From assembly GCA_000004695.1 (NCBI GenBank), contig CM000152.2:5088001-5152000 (forward strand): 64,000 bases of DNA, given 5' to 3'. Source of the DNA: Dictyostelium discoideum. Lineage: Eukaryota. Position 1 is the first letter of the stretch, and each line of letters starts with the position of its first letter. The notes below the pieces were generated by a model. It saw nothing but the letters and a program-made list of their open reading frames with translations. It did not search any database and was not told the DNA's origin. Below are positions 1 through 17,863 of the stretch, piece after piece. The position numbers and the translations under genes were made by a program.

Positions 1-115
1 TTTTTTTAAAAATTTATAAAGGAGTGTATTAATTTGGTTTATGGTTTGTGATTTGTAAATTTTTTTTTTGTTTTTTGTTTTTTTGTTTTTTTGTTTTTGG
101 ATAATTTTTGGTAGT

Positions 116-1966
116 CTACATTGCTTCCAATCTTTTAACGATTTCTTGGAATGAAGGTCTTTGTTGTGGATCTTCAGACCAACATTCAGTGATAAGACGT
201 GTGAATGGAGCTGATACTTGTGGTGGTACGATTGGTCTTAATTTATGTTGACCAACAGAAATTACAATTTGGAAAGTTGGCATACCTTGATATGGATCTT
301 CTCTTGTTACAATTTCCCATAAAACAATTGCAAATGAGAAAACATCAGCTTTCTCAGTATATGGGTCATTTCTTAAAACTCTGTTTAAAAAAAATCATAA
401 TAAATAATAATAATAAAAATAATAAAAATAATATATATTAATATATATTAATAATAATAATAATAAAACCCTTTCTATTATTAATAATAATTATAAAAAA
501 ACTTACTCTGGTGCAGTCCAACAAGGTGTACCAACAGGTGTCATTGCAGTCTTTTTATCTAAATGTTTCTTAAATCTAGTTGAAAGACCAAAATCTGAAA
601 TTTTAACTCTATAATGTTCATCAACTAAAAGATTATGACTCTTTAAATCTCTATGAATAACAATTGGATCACAACAATGTAAATAATTCTATTTTTTTTT
701 TTTTTTTATAAAAAAAATAAAAAAGTATATTAATATTTTAAAAAAAAAAATAAAAAAAAAATTGTGCTATCTAAATTGAATTATTATATATATATATATA
801 TATATATTACATACCATTCCTTTTGCAATATCTAAAGCCATTGATTTCATTCTTGGCCAATCTAGAGAAATTGAAGGATCATGTAAAATTCTATAGAGAC
901 TACCTAATGGCATATATTCCATAACTATTAAAATTTCAGGTGGATTATTACAAGTACCTAAAAATTGACAAATATTTGGATGTCTTAATTGACTCATGAT
1001 TGTAGCTTCTTGAGCCAATTCATTTAAAAAGTCTTCATCGTCTTCATTCAATAATTTTGCCTTTTTAATTGCAACAATAATACCTCTCCATGTACCTGTA
1101 AATACTTCTGCACAACTACCTCTACCAATTCTATTTTGAACTACAATCTCTGATATATCAATTGGTTTAATTTCAAATAATGTTTTATAATCTAAAAATA
1201 ATTTAAAAATAAATTAAAAATAAAATTAGTATTATTATTATTATTACTATTACTATTATTATTATTATTATTAAAATTAGATTAAATTCTAAATTACTTA
1301 CCAGTTTTTAATAATGGTGATCTTTCATCATCATTTATACCAATTGGTAAAGCATGTTTACTACCATTTAATCTCTTATTTTTAATTCTTAATCTAATGA
1401 TGAAATAGATACCAACGGCAATGATTAATAAAACAGCGATACCAACACCAACGACGATATAGATAATTTTTTGATAATTTGGACTTGTTGGTTTAACAAA
1501 AGGTATAGAGGCAGCAGTATAAATGAAAAAGGTAGTATTTAAACAAAAACTTGAACCACCATCCTCACTTAATTGAATGGTTACATTGTAATCACTTGGT
1601 GTGGTTGAATTGGATTGAAGCATTGGTGGTACAACACAAGAGGCACAAGTTGAATTAATGTATGTACCCGTTGATATTACCGTACCAAATTTACATTGAA
1701 TTTGTGATGATTGATAAAATTGTTCACCAATAAAATAAACTGTTTCACCACCTGTAGATGGTGCTGTATTTGGTACCACACTATTCACCTTAAATGCAAC
1801 TGGTCCATAAAATATATTTGCTGTTACCTTACCAATACATGCTACATCAGTTTCAAATAAATTAAATATAATTGAATTATTACTACCATATCTAAAAATA
1901 TATAATAAATAAAGAATTAATTAATTTATATTGTACAATTGATATATTGGATAAAAATATATATAT

Positions 1967-2031
<65 letters not shown>

Positions 2032-2852
2032 TATATTATTTACCTATATGATGCTAAACCATTTGGATCAACATCTGGTAATGTACGAGGTGAAAAAGAT
2101 ATTTGACAATTTGGACATTGTGAAGGTGAACTTTTAGAAATGAAAAAGATACCAGCATTTTCTTCACCATTTACCAATGAAAAAACCATACTAGTTGGAG
2201 GTATAACATTGAACATACCAGTAAAAGTTACAACGATCTTATGTACTACAAACAATCCAGTTGGTGGTACAGGATCATGGAAAACATAACCATTTGCCCA
2301 TGCTGATGATGTATTACAAAGGTAATTTTGTGTGAAAACTGATGGACTGTTACATGATTTTGGGTCACAAACCTGTTCTCCACCTGTCATATAACCAGAA
2401 AATGTTAAATTAGATTGAATGGCTGGTGCTGAATCATCACTACTACTTTTTTTATTTTCCTCACTAAATGATGATGATGATGATGATGTTGATACTTGAT
2501 CAGTCCTATCTGCTGCTTTCATCATCATCATCGCTATGTCCATCTCCTCCTTCATCTCCATCTTTTTCTTATTATTCCTCGTTAATAGTTCTTGTTCTAT
2601 CTCTAATTTTGGTTCTAAATCTACTATTGCTACATTATATAATAATTTGTTTTTATTTGTTTTTTTTATTTTTTTTATTTCTTCTTTCCCTTTTTCTAAT
2701 ATTTGAGATGATGATGATGATGATGATGGTGATGGTGATGATGATAATGATAATACTTTATTTTCATTTATTCCATTAATTTTATATGATATTGAATATC
2801 CTGTACAACATATCAATATAAAAAATGAAAATAATATCGCTATTTTATTCAT
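116..2852 (-). CDS. Receptor-like protein kinase (TKL-type) with an IPT/TIG-like ectodomain; multi-exon gene
   Basis: Minus-strand exons are approximately 2040-2852, ~1294-1893, ~816-1195, ~509-700 and 116-380. Donors are GTAAAT, GTAAGT and GTATGT; acceptors are AG. The N-terminus carries a signal peptide ([16 protein letters not shown]). The extracellular region contains an IPT/TIG-like motif ([23 protein letters not shown]). One TM helix follows ([23 protein letters not shown]). The catalytic domain shows GRGSCAEVF...[24 protein letters not shown] and [12 protein letters not shown], and ends LEAM-TAG at 116-118. An alternative upstream ATG lies at 2879. Confidence 0.8.
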
Positions 2853-3551
2853 CCGTATATATTTATTTATTATTATCATTTTTTTTTTCTTTTTTTTTTT
2901 TTATTTATTTATCTATAATCTATTCTTTTGTTTTTTAAAATTAATTTACTATTACTATTATTTATTATTATTGCTATTATTACAAATACTTTTATTTATT
3001 TCACTATTTTTTTTATTTTTTTTTTTGAAAAAAAAAAAAAAAAAAATTTTAGTAAAAGAAATAGATATATGTTTTTAATAGCAAAAACAACAACTACAAT
3101 AGTACATTGATTTTAATTATTTGTCGTTTCAATTTTATTATTATTATTATTTTTACTATTTTATTTAATTATTATTATTTATTTATTTTAACGAAATAGA
3201 TTTTTTTTCGAAAATTTAAAAAAAAAAAATTTTTAAAAAAAAAAAAAAAAGATTGGAAAAAAAAAAAAAAAAAAAAAAAATAAAAAATCAAAAAAATTAA
3301 AAAAATAAAACAAAATAAAAAAAAACAAAAAAAAAAAAAAAAAAAAAATAATATAACCAAAAAGATATTTTTAATATATTGATAACTCTTAAATTATCGA
3401 TAATTTTTTTTTTCAGTAATTAAATATGTAGATTTTATTATTTTAGTTATTATTATTATTATTTTTTATTATTCTATAAATTAATTTTTTTTAAATTAAA
3501 TTAACACTTTGGTTTATTATTGCCAAACTTTTTTCCCCCAGGCTTTTTTTT

Positions 3552-3601
<50 letters not shown>

Positions 3602-3772
3602 ATATTTTTTTTTAAAGTGGTAATAAGATATTTTAAAAAAAAAAAAACCCCCTTTCATTTTATTAATTAATATCATTATAAAATATCAATAAAAGTAAAA
3701 ATAAAGATGTAAAAATAAAAGTAAAAATAAAAGTAAAAATAAAAATAAAATGGGATTAGTTTTTTTTTATGT

Positions 3773-3807
<35 letters not shown>

Positions 3808-3808
<1 letters not shown>

Positions 3809-5614
3809 TAATCACTATCATCTTTAAAATTTGCCATTGGATCATCAGATCTTTTTCTTTTTAAATTATAAGCTTCCATTTGTTCCTCTGATACATTATA
3901 ATCATCAGCAGATAATGAATTATATTTAATATTTCTTTCATCTTTTTCAACTGATTTCTTATTTTCTTCATCTTGATCTTTTAATGCTTTTTTTAATTTT
4001 TCTTCTTTTTCTTTTCTTTCTTTTTTATCTTTTCTTTTTCCTTCTTTTTTATTATGTTTATCATTATCTTCATTTGATTTATTTAAATGTTGTTCTAATA
4101 ATGAGGTTGTGGTGGTAGTAGTTGTAGTTGTAGTATTATTATCGTCATCATCTTGTTGATTTTCTTGTTGTATATGATGTTGTTGTTGTTGTTGTAATTG
4201 TTTTTCACGTAATAATTTACCTTTTTCACCTGTACAATAAGCATTTTTAATTAATTGTCTGCAACAAGCGAAACCCCATTGACCATTTTCCCAATATGAA
4301 CCCCAAATTGATTTATGATTATTTAAAAATACATCCTCTTCATATTTTGATTTTACAATTTTCTCTTCACCCTTGATTAATTTACCAGAGGAACTGTATT
4401 CGGTGTAAATTTCCGATTGTGGTACTTTATCGATTTCCTCCTGTTTCAAGAGATGTTCTTCACCACCATATTTAGTTAAAAGTTGATTTCTAGTTTGTTG
4501 TTTTAATTGTTCTTTCTTTCTAAGGAAATCGGCATGTAAGAGGGCAGCTTGTGATGGTGCACTAGAGATATCGACATCTTGACCCTTTTCTTGTGCTTCC
4601 CAAGCGAATCTTTGTAAATCTCTAAACTCTTTAGTCTCACCACTTGTACGTGCAAAATTATCACCAGCAAATTTAATATCGTTTGGATTTGCATTAGGTA
4701 ATGGGTTATCTCTCATTGAACGACTCTTTGGTTCGTAGAATGCAGAGTTTACATCTAAATTATACAAATATTTTGCAGTATCTTCACGAATTCTAAGATT
4801 TCTAATTGTGGTTCTTGACTTTTGATCTAATTTTTGTATTGGTGCAACGGTTTCACTATCATATGATCCCTCCTTCTCCTCATTATCCATCAATTCTTTT
4901 GATAATGTTTCATCAACATCAGGTGTCTTTTTATCACCACCACCACCATGTTGTTTAATTAATTCTTGTAGTTTCTTTTTCTTTCTTTCTGTATCTGCTT
5001 TTTCATAGATATCCATCACCTCTTTGTATGAGGATGGGTCGTAACCATTGTATGGATCACGTTTACTATCATAATCCAATTCTAACTTTTGAATGACCTC
5101 ATCTGGTTTTATATCATCATTTGTAAATTTTGCACCCAACTTTCTTGGACGCTCACAACAATCTTTGGTTTTATGAGTCATTGCACCACAATTTTCACAT
5201 GCACCTTTTCTGAATTTGGTTGCTGCTTCACCAGTGGTTGCACCTCTTAAATACCATCCTTTATCCATCTCCTTCTTTGTAACACCACGTTGATGTTTTA
5301 AACTTGGTTTATTTGCATTTAAATACCATGGTGCTTTAAGAATATACTCTGGAATATGTGGATTAATCTCTTTACCCTCTTCATCTAACTCTGCTGGTGC
5401 ATTACCAGCTTTTCTTGCTTCATCTAATTCTTTCTCTTTCTTATACTCATCTCTTGTTTTTCTATGACCTTTTTTTTAAAAGAATAATAATAATGTTAAA
5501 ATCTTTTTTTTAATAATATAAAAAAACAAAAAGAATAAAAAAAAAAAATAATAATTTATTATATTATTATATAATAAATTAATTAAATAAATACTTACTT
5601 ATTGACGATGCCAT
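3808..5614 (-). CDS. slu7: Pre-mRNA splicing factor SLU7 homologue (2 exons)
   Basis: Exon 1 is 5599-5614 (ATGGCATCGTCAATAA, MASSI) and is followed by the donor GTAAGTAT. The intron is 5469-5598. Exon 2 is 3808-5468. The CCHC zinc knuckle KGACENCGAMTHKTKDCCERP is present. Conserved SLU7 blocks include NAPAELDEEGKEINPHIPEYI, RNLRIREDTAKYL, YEEDVF.NNH..IWGSYW..G.WG..CC and a C-terminal ...KRKR.DDPMANF, co-linear with metazoan SLU7. Confidence 0.9.
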
Positions 5615-6299
5615 AATTTTGGGAACTTATAAAAAAAAAAAAAAAAAAAAAAATTTATTTTTTATTTTTTTTTTAAATTTTATTTTTTTTTTATTATTTT
5701 TTATTTTTTTAATTTTTTTTTTTTAATTGACTATTTTTCAACAAATATATATTATTATTATTATTATTATAATTTTCTTCATTTCCTAGGTAATAAAAAA
5801 AGTTAGTGATAAAAATAAAAATAAAAAAAATAAAAAAAAAATAACTCATTTGTGAATTTGGTTCTATTAAATGTCCAAAAAACATGGAGTATCCAATTAT
5901 AGTAAAGAGAAACTTTACAATAATTGTGTTTATTTTTAGAAAATGTTTGGGAATAAGTAATTGATAACTATTAAGTTTTGTTATTTTGGAAATAATCATA
6001 AATAAAATCACAATTAGGATTAAATAAAATCACAATTAGGAATAATCATAAAATATTTTATGTGAAAAGAAGAACTTGGAAAACCCCGGGGTTTAAATTA
6101 TTCATTTTAAAATTACCAAAAAAATAAAAAAATAAAAAAAAAAAAAAAAAATTCAGACGAAATTGGATTTTTATTTAAAATCGAGAAATCTCTTGCAACT
6201 GTTCAAAAAATCCATTTTTGAATTCTAATTTTTTTTTATTTTTTTTTTTTTTTTATTTTTTTTTTTTTTAATTTTATTTTTTACCCCAAAACTTGCATT

Positions 6300-6333
<34 letters not shown>

Positions 6334-6399
6334 ATTTTGTTAATATATATATAAAAAATCTAACTAAAAAAAAAAAAAAAAAAAATAAAAGAGTAGTAG

Positions 6400-7085
6400 A
6401 TGTCAGTAAAAAACAGAAATAATACAAATAAAATGACACCTAATAGATCACCATCAATAACAACAACAATACAACAACCACCAAATTCAAATACAATAGA
6501 CCCAAATGTAATACCATCATCACAAAATAAATTAAAAATAGATTTTAGGGCGATATCAATCTTTTCATTGTTTTTATTTTCAGGTGTAGCAAATACACTA
6601 TTAGTTCAATTAATTTATAATAATATTTCATTTAGTATGTTTTTAAAATCTAAATTAGATTTTTAATTAATAATAGCATAATGGTATATGGGATAATTTA
6701 TTAATTCAAAATTTATTTTATTTTAAGATCCTAAATCAATGTTAACAAACATTTGTATTTTTTTAGGATATGCACTTTTGAGTCTCTTTAAGGATCCAAC
6801 AAAAAATATCAATAATAATAATAATAATACAAATATCAATATCAATAATAATAATATTAATAACACATTAAACGCAACAACATCACCAATCAATTCAACT
6901 ACAATACAATTGGGTACCTCAACAATAAACACTAAAAAACAAAATTTCAATCATATTAAATATATACTATTAGCGTTATTTGATTGTTTAGCCAGTTTAT
7001 TAACCACAATTGGTCAAATTGCTGTTGGAAGTGGTGTATGTAAATAATATTTAGTTTTTTTTTTAAAAAAAAAAAGTTCATACTA

Positions 7086-7131
<46 letters not shown>

Positions 7132-7945
7132 TTATAACTAGTTATTTCAAGTTTTATTTTCATCAAAGATTATTTTTGCGGCAATTTTAACAAGATTTTA
7201 TTTAAAATCATATGTATCACCAAAGAAATGGATATCGATTCTAACCATTTTCTCTGGTTTATGTATTGCAGTTTTTAAAATTTCATCACATTCAGTTCAA
7301 AATAATGATGATACAAATAATTCATGTAAGTTATATTTATATATATTTAAATTATTATAATTTAATTTAATTTTATTAATTAATTTTATTATTATTATTA
7401 AAAAAAAAAAAAAAAAAAAAGATTTATATTTTGGAACATTTTGCGTTTTATTTGCAGCATTTGTATTTTCAGCAAGTCATATTTTTGCAGAATCAGCTAT
7501 AAAGGCATATGATTTAAGACCTTATGCATTTGCAGCAAAATATGGTACTTATAGTGTAATAGTTTGCGTTTTTTATATTTTAACAGTAACATTTTATAAT
7601 AGAAAAGAATGGATTGAAATCCCAATTGAACAAACATCATCAAGTGATATCAAATTGGTATTGTTTTTATTTATGATTTTAATGATCACAAGTGTTGTTA
7701 GATCAAGTAGTATGTACACAGTTTTAGCTGAACATGGTACAGTTTCAATGGGTGTTTTATATGCATTACAATCAATCATTGTTTTCTTTTCAAGTGCTTT
7801 CTTTTTATGTGATCCAAATCATCCAACAAAACAAAATCAATGTTTATCACCTCCAAAATTACTTGGTTCAATCATTGTAATTTTTGGTGTTTTCATGTAT
7901 AATAAAGCAAATAATTTAAAGCAAACTCAACATATAAAAATTTAA
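6400..7945 (+). CDS. Multi-pass membrane transporter, DMT superfamily (SLC35F/CRT-like); about 4 exons
   Basis: Exons are approximately 6400-6648, 6727-7033, ~7144-7325 and ~7422-7945. Donors are GTATGT or GTAAGT; acceptors are (T)nAG. Nine to ten hydrophobic helices are predicted. The segment LLALFDCLASLLTTIGQIAVGSGVLFSSKIIFAAILTRFYLKSYVSPKKWISIL resembles the EamA/SLC35F core, including the 'L.DC' motif. Family assignment is by memory only. Confidence 0.55.
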
Positions 7946-8067
7946 AATTAAAATAAAAATAAAATAAAAATAAAATAAAATAAAAATAAAAATAAAATAA
8001 AAATAAAAAAATAGCGTCACAATCACTTCACTAGATATTTTTTTTTTTTATTCCAATAAATATCCAA

Positions 8068-8129
<62 letters not shown>

Positions 8130-8178
8130 AATTTTTTTTTTTTTTAATATTTCAATTTTATCAACAATAATAATAAAA

Positions 8179-8182
8179 ATGG

Positions 8183-8272
<90 letters not shown>

Positions 8273-9381
8273 TATTTTGGAAAATTTGGAAAAATAATTT
8301 ATTAAAAAATAAAATATTTGGGTATATTTCAAATAGATATTTAGTTAAATCAATTAGAGACTTAAATATAACATTTAAATATGAAGAGATAATTAGTTTT
8401 GGATGGATGTTAAAAAACAAACATTTTCAATTATTGTTTGATAAAGTTAGAAATGGTGAATATTTAGTATTTAATGATAAAGTAGAATATGGTAGAATAA
8501 TTGGAAATAATAATAATTACCAATCAATTAAAGGTTTCGAATATTTCAAATATTTTGAAGGATCATGGTTATCGAATAATGAAGAATTCTTAAAGAATTT
8601 ATTTACAAATTATTCAAATTCATTTAAACTCACAACAGATATAATCGATACAACTATAAAATGTTTAGTATTTTATAAATTACCAATGGCTTTAAAAATA
8701 TATTTACAACAAACTTTAAATCAATTTGAAATTTTTCAAAATAAAAGTTATGAATTTATTACAAATAGCAATGGTATTGGTAATAGCATTGGCAATAGCA
8801 TTAATAATAATTATAAAAAAATAAAGTATAGTATTATTGAATATTTTAAATCATCAACTGGTTTTGAATTATTAAAAATTTCAATTTGTAGTAATTCATT
8901 TGAATGTTGTGAAATTGTTTATCAATTTTTACAAACATATTGTAATTATACACCATTAGAAATTACATTGAATATTATAGATTCATTGAAAATCATTATT
9001 ACAGTTGATTCAGATTGTCGATTAAGATGTAAACAAATTGATTTCATCTTTAAAACATTTACAATTAATAAAACAAATTTTAAAATTAAAGGTTTATTCA
9101 ATAGAATTTATTTATTTAATCAACCAATTTCAAAATTATTAAAAATGTGTAAATGTATAATAAAATATAAAGATTATATTAATTTCAATTTCAATGATAT
9201 TAATAATAGATATGATGAAGTTGAAGAACAAAATAGTAATAATAACTCACTTGGATATGGCAGTTTTATAACTAATAATAATAATAATAATAATAATTAT
9301 GAATTATTAAAATTAGAACAAATTAAATCATTTAAAGAATCGTTAAGAAATGAAAATAAATTAGATCAATTTATTTTATGA
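8179..9381 (+). CDS. Hypothetical Asn-rich protein (400 aa); possibly the 5' part of a single gene with the next ORF
   Basis: Single long ORF with an ATG at 8179. It begins with an (AAT)n poly-N tract and has typical dictyostelid low complexity. No recognisable domain. Confidence 0.45.
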
Positions 9382-9421
9382 ATTTAGCAATGATTATGAA
9401 AATGTTAGATTAGTTTATAAA

Positions 9422-10987
<1,566 letters not shown>

Positions 10988-11223
10988 AAATATTTCTCAT
11001 TATCTAACTTTAAAATTAAAACTAAAAATAGAATCACCAAAAAATAAAAATAAAAATAAAATTATTAAAATGAAAAAAAAAATAAAAAAAAAACTTTTTT
11101 TTCCCTCCTTTTTTTCATAAAAATTTTTAATGAAAATTTTCATTTAAGTGCTTTTTTTTTTTTTTTTTTTATTTGTAAATTTTAGTGCGATTGTTATTAC
11201 AAATAATAAACATTAACATTTAA

Positions 11224-11358
11224 ATGACTTCGACAACTTTAAAGAGGAAGAAAGGGCAAGAAAATGAAATAAATGAAAATATTAATAATAATGAAAATGA
11301 ATATATTAATAACAATAGCGATAATGATAATGATAATGATAACCTCAATAAAGATTTA

Positions 11359-11416
<58 letters not shown>

Positions 11417-12183
11417 GTAATGAAAATGATAGTAATTATTTCAATAATTTATCAACTAAAACTCAACCTTCTTCAATGATTATTGATAATGAAATTAGTT
11501 CATCACCTCCACAACCTTCTCAACCAATTCTAAAAAGACCACCAACAAGAGAAAGAAAGCAAATACATAAACTATTTTCATTATCCGATGATGATGATGA
11601 TGATAATGATGATGATAATGATGATGATAATGATGATGATAATGATAACGATGATAATAAAGATGAAAAAAAAAAAGAAAAAAAGGAAAAAAAAGAAAAA
11701 AAAGAGAAAAAACCAAAACAAGAGAAAAAACCAAAACAAGAGAAAAAACCAAAACAAGAGAAAAAACCAAAACAAGAAAAAAAGTCAAAACAAATTCAAG
11801 AAGTTCAAGAAATTCAACAACAGCAACAACCACAACAACAACTTGAAAAAGAAGAAAACAAATTGGAAGAAAAAGAAAAAGAAAAAGAAAAAGAAAAAGA
11901 AAAAGAAAAAGAAAAAGAAAAAGAAGAAGAAGGAGAGGAAGAAGATAATAGTAAAAAAAAAAAGAAAAAACAGAAAATTGAACCTGACCAACCAATTAAG
12001 AACTCAATCCCTAAAAAACCACCAACAACTAGTAGTAGAAAATCAAAGAATAAACCGCCAAATAATAATAATAATAATTGTAATATTTTATTAAATTTTT
12101 TAAATCCTACATCAACCACTGCCGCCACCACCACCAACACCACCACCATAGATACAACCAATACAACCAATACAACCAATACA

Positions 12184-12220
<37 letters not shown>

Positions 12221-14620
12221 GTAATAATAGTACACCAAATATAATAGAATCAATGTCATCACCAACATCAGAAGATGATTCAAAACCAATTCACCCATTC
12301 TTTGGAGAACAACAAAAGAAGAAAGAAAGAAAACAGAGAATAGAATCAGTGAAATCAATTAATGATGATCCAATACTATTGGAGAAAACTAAAAATGCAC
12401 CATTACCAGAAATGTTTTTATCTAAAAAAGAAAAAGATGAAATCTATACAGCTGCTCAACAAGAGAGATTTAGATTAGATATTATGAAATCAAATGAAGA
12501 TCATGAAAAAATTTTAGCTGGTAAACCAGTTCATCCTTTCTTTTTTTCACCACCCCCACCTCAATCCTCTTCAACAAATTCAAATTCCTCCTCCTCCTCA
12601 TCTTCTTCAGACACAATACCAACAACATCATCGTCATCATCATCAATAATTATAGATTTAGAAGAAAAGAAATACCAAATTAAAAGATTACTTGAGTTTC
12701 CAGTTGAAGAATCACATATAGGTTGGTATGATATTAACCAAGATGAAAGTATTAAATTATCTTTACCACCTTCAAATAAACAACTTTTAGATAAATTTAA
12801 AAGATCAAATTTAAAAACTTCAACTATTGATTGTAATAGTTTAATCATTCATAATCCAAATCAATTAATACCAAATTTCGATAAAATGTTAACAACAATT
12901 GAACAACAATTTCCTTTCCTATCTTCACAACATAGTTCAATATCTTCTATTAATGACTCACCTTTAAAATCATTATCACAACAATCTTCTGAAATTATTA
13001 TAATTGATAATGATAAAAACAACAACAACGACAACAACGGCAATAACGACAATAATAACAATAACAACGATGAAATTGAAATTAATGAAGATAAATTATT
13101 TGAAAATATATTAAATTATTATAATAGTATAAAGAATGATGATAATGATAATGATAATGATGATGATCAAGATGATGAATTTAATAATGATTCAAATTTT
13201 ATAAGAATAGATAATTTTAAAGATATTAGAGATATTAAATATATTTATAATGAATTTTTAAATAGTTTAAGTAATAGTGGTAGTTTTGGTATTAATAATG
13301 TTCAAGGGAATTTATTATCAAATAGATACTATTCTACAATTGAAAATTTAAATTTATTTAATGAATTAAATCATGAAGTAATAACATTTTTCAATCAATG
13401 GGTTGTAGGTTGGAAAGACAAATTAGAAAAGAAAGCCAACAAATGCAGTACTAGTGGTAAAATTAAAAAATCTTCAAAAAAGACTGAACTTGATGAAATT
13501 TTAAAATCTTCAATACTTATTGTTGGTCCATTTGGTTGTGGTAAGAGTTCATTGGTCAATATAAAATCAAAACAAAATAATTTCACAATCTTAGAAACTA
13601 ATCCATCTTGTAAACGAAGTGGTAAAGCTATCACTGAACTATTAGGTGAAGCAACTCAATCAAAAGCTTTAAACATTTTAAAGAAATCAAATAATGAAAA
13701 TAATCAAAATAATAATAATAATAATGATGATGATACTTCTCAAAACTCATCGCCACAACAACAACAACAACAAACAATAACTTCTATAACTTCAAAAAAA
13801 AGAGGTAGAAAATCAATTTCATCTTTAAATAATAATAATAATAATAATAATAATTGTGAAATTGGTGAAATTAATAAAAATTTAATTCTAATTGAAGAGA
13901 TTGATATTCTATATGAAGAGGATAAAGGTTTCAATAATTCAATTTGTACATTATTAAATAATACCAAAGTACCAATAATTATGATTTGTAATGAATTAAA
14001 TCCATCAATTAGTAATTTAATTCAAGAAAGTGGTATCATTTCATTGTATATGTCAAAACCTACAACTCAATCATTATCATTGTATTGTTGTTTCATTCTC
14101 TTGAAAGAGAAAAAGTACAAACTTCTTTCATCTCAAAATACTTTAAACTCTTTAAATATTCATTCTTTTATCATTAATAATCAAATTGATATTAGAAAAT
14201 CTTTAAATAATTTAGAATTTATAGTTAATCATAAAAATCAACATCATCAAACTATTTACAATTTAACATTCTATATGTTTAATGATTTATTTAAAAAATA
14301 TAATTTTAATTTTTTTAATATTTTATTTAAACTACCAATTAAAAATAAAGATAATCTTGATAACGATAATCATGAAATTATAGTTGAAAAAGAAATAGGT
14401 AAGTTTTTTAATTTAATTGTTATTACTAAAATATAAAAAATACTAATAATATTTATAAAAAAATAATAATAATAATTAGAAAATAGTGAAGAAATAGATG
14501 AATTTGAATTATTTAATGATAAATTCAATTTTGTTAATACTTCATTAGTTGAATTTGATATCAATTTATATTTTAATAATTATTTGGAATATATTAATAA
14601 TAATCAACACAACAACAACA

Positions 14621-14697
<77 letters not shown>

Positions 14698-15045
14698 GAA
14701 TTATTGGAGGATATTTGGGAATTATCAGAAACATTTTCTACAAATGATATTTTATTAAAAAGAAATTATCCTTATGATCCAACATCTGAAACTGTATGTA
14801 TTACAACTAATTTCTTTTTTTTTTTTTTTTTACCTCTTTATTAACTTTTTTGGAAATAATATATAGGGAGAGAATGAAATATTTGAAATTTTAGAGAATT
14901 CACCGACATATATTACACAACCACAATCATTACATTATGATGACTACTCTTATAAAAGCTACTTTCCAAATTCATTAGATTTTAGCATACCAACCTGTAT
15001 TTCCATTCAATCAATTGAAAATTATTTATTAAAACAAAAAGAAAC

Positions 15046-15088
<43 letters not shown>

Positions 15089-15373
15089 TATTCTAAATTT
15101 AATTTATTGAAAATTGAAGACCAATATAAGGTTATAAAGAAAACAACAATTGAAAATTCAATTTATAATGAAATTAAAGATCAATTTTCACTTAAACATG
15201 GTTTCATTGCATCCAGTAAAATGTATGTAGAGTTTACACCATGGCTATCTGATATTTGTTATTCAGAAAAAGTGAGAAAATTAAATAATCCAAAGAGAAG
15301 TAACAGATTTACTCATTATTTAGATTATACCCAAAATCAGATTGATATATTATTAAAATTCCGAATTAAATAA
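11224..15373 (+). CDS. ELG1/ATAD5-like RFC-family AAA+ ATPase (3 exons, about 1,311 aa)
   Basis: Exons are 11224-14398, 14549-14793 and 14867-15373. Donors are ATAG|GTAAGT and ACT|GTATGT. Walker A is LIVGPFGCGKSSLV, followed by ILETNPSCKRSGKAITELLGEATQSKAL; this matches the ATAD5 block EVNASSQRSGRQILSQLKEATQS. The arginine-finger/box region is LILIEEIDILYEEDKGF. An acidic D/N stretch and a KPKQEKK repeat lie N-terminal. Confidence 0.7.
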
Positions 15374-15476
15374 TAATAATAATAACAATAAAAAAACAAA
15401 TAAAAATAGAATACAACATTTTTAATTGCAATATTTTTTTTTTTTTTCTTTTTTATTTATTTATTTTTGTTTATTT

Positions 15477-15513
<37 letters not shown>

Positions 15514-15543
15514 ATTCTATTCTATATTTAATTAAAGTTTCTA

Positions 15544-15576
<33 letters not shown>

Positions 15577-15619
15577 GAAAATTAAGAAAAGAAATAATTA
15601 TTATTATTTATATTTAATT

Positions 15620-17863
<2,244 letters not shown>

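Noticed and set aside
205-441. 78-aa plus-strand ORF at the window start.
   Set aside because: It lies antisense to the last exon of the kinase gene, which has clear kinase subdomain XI and a stop at 116. It is low-complexity and A/T-driven.
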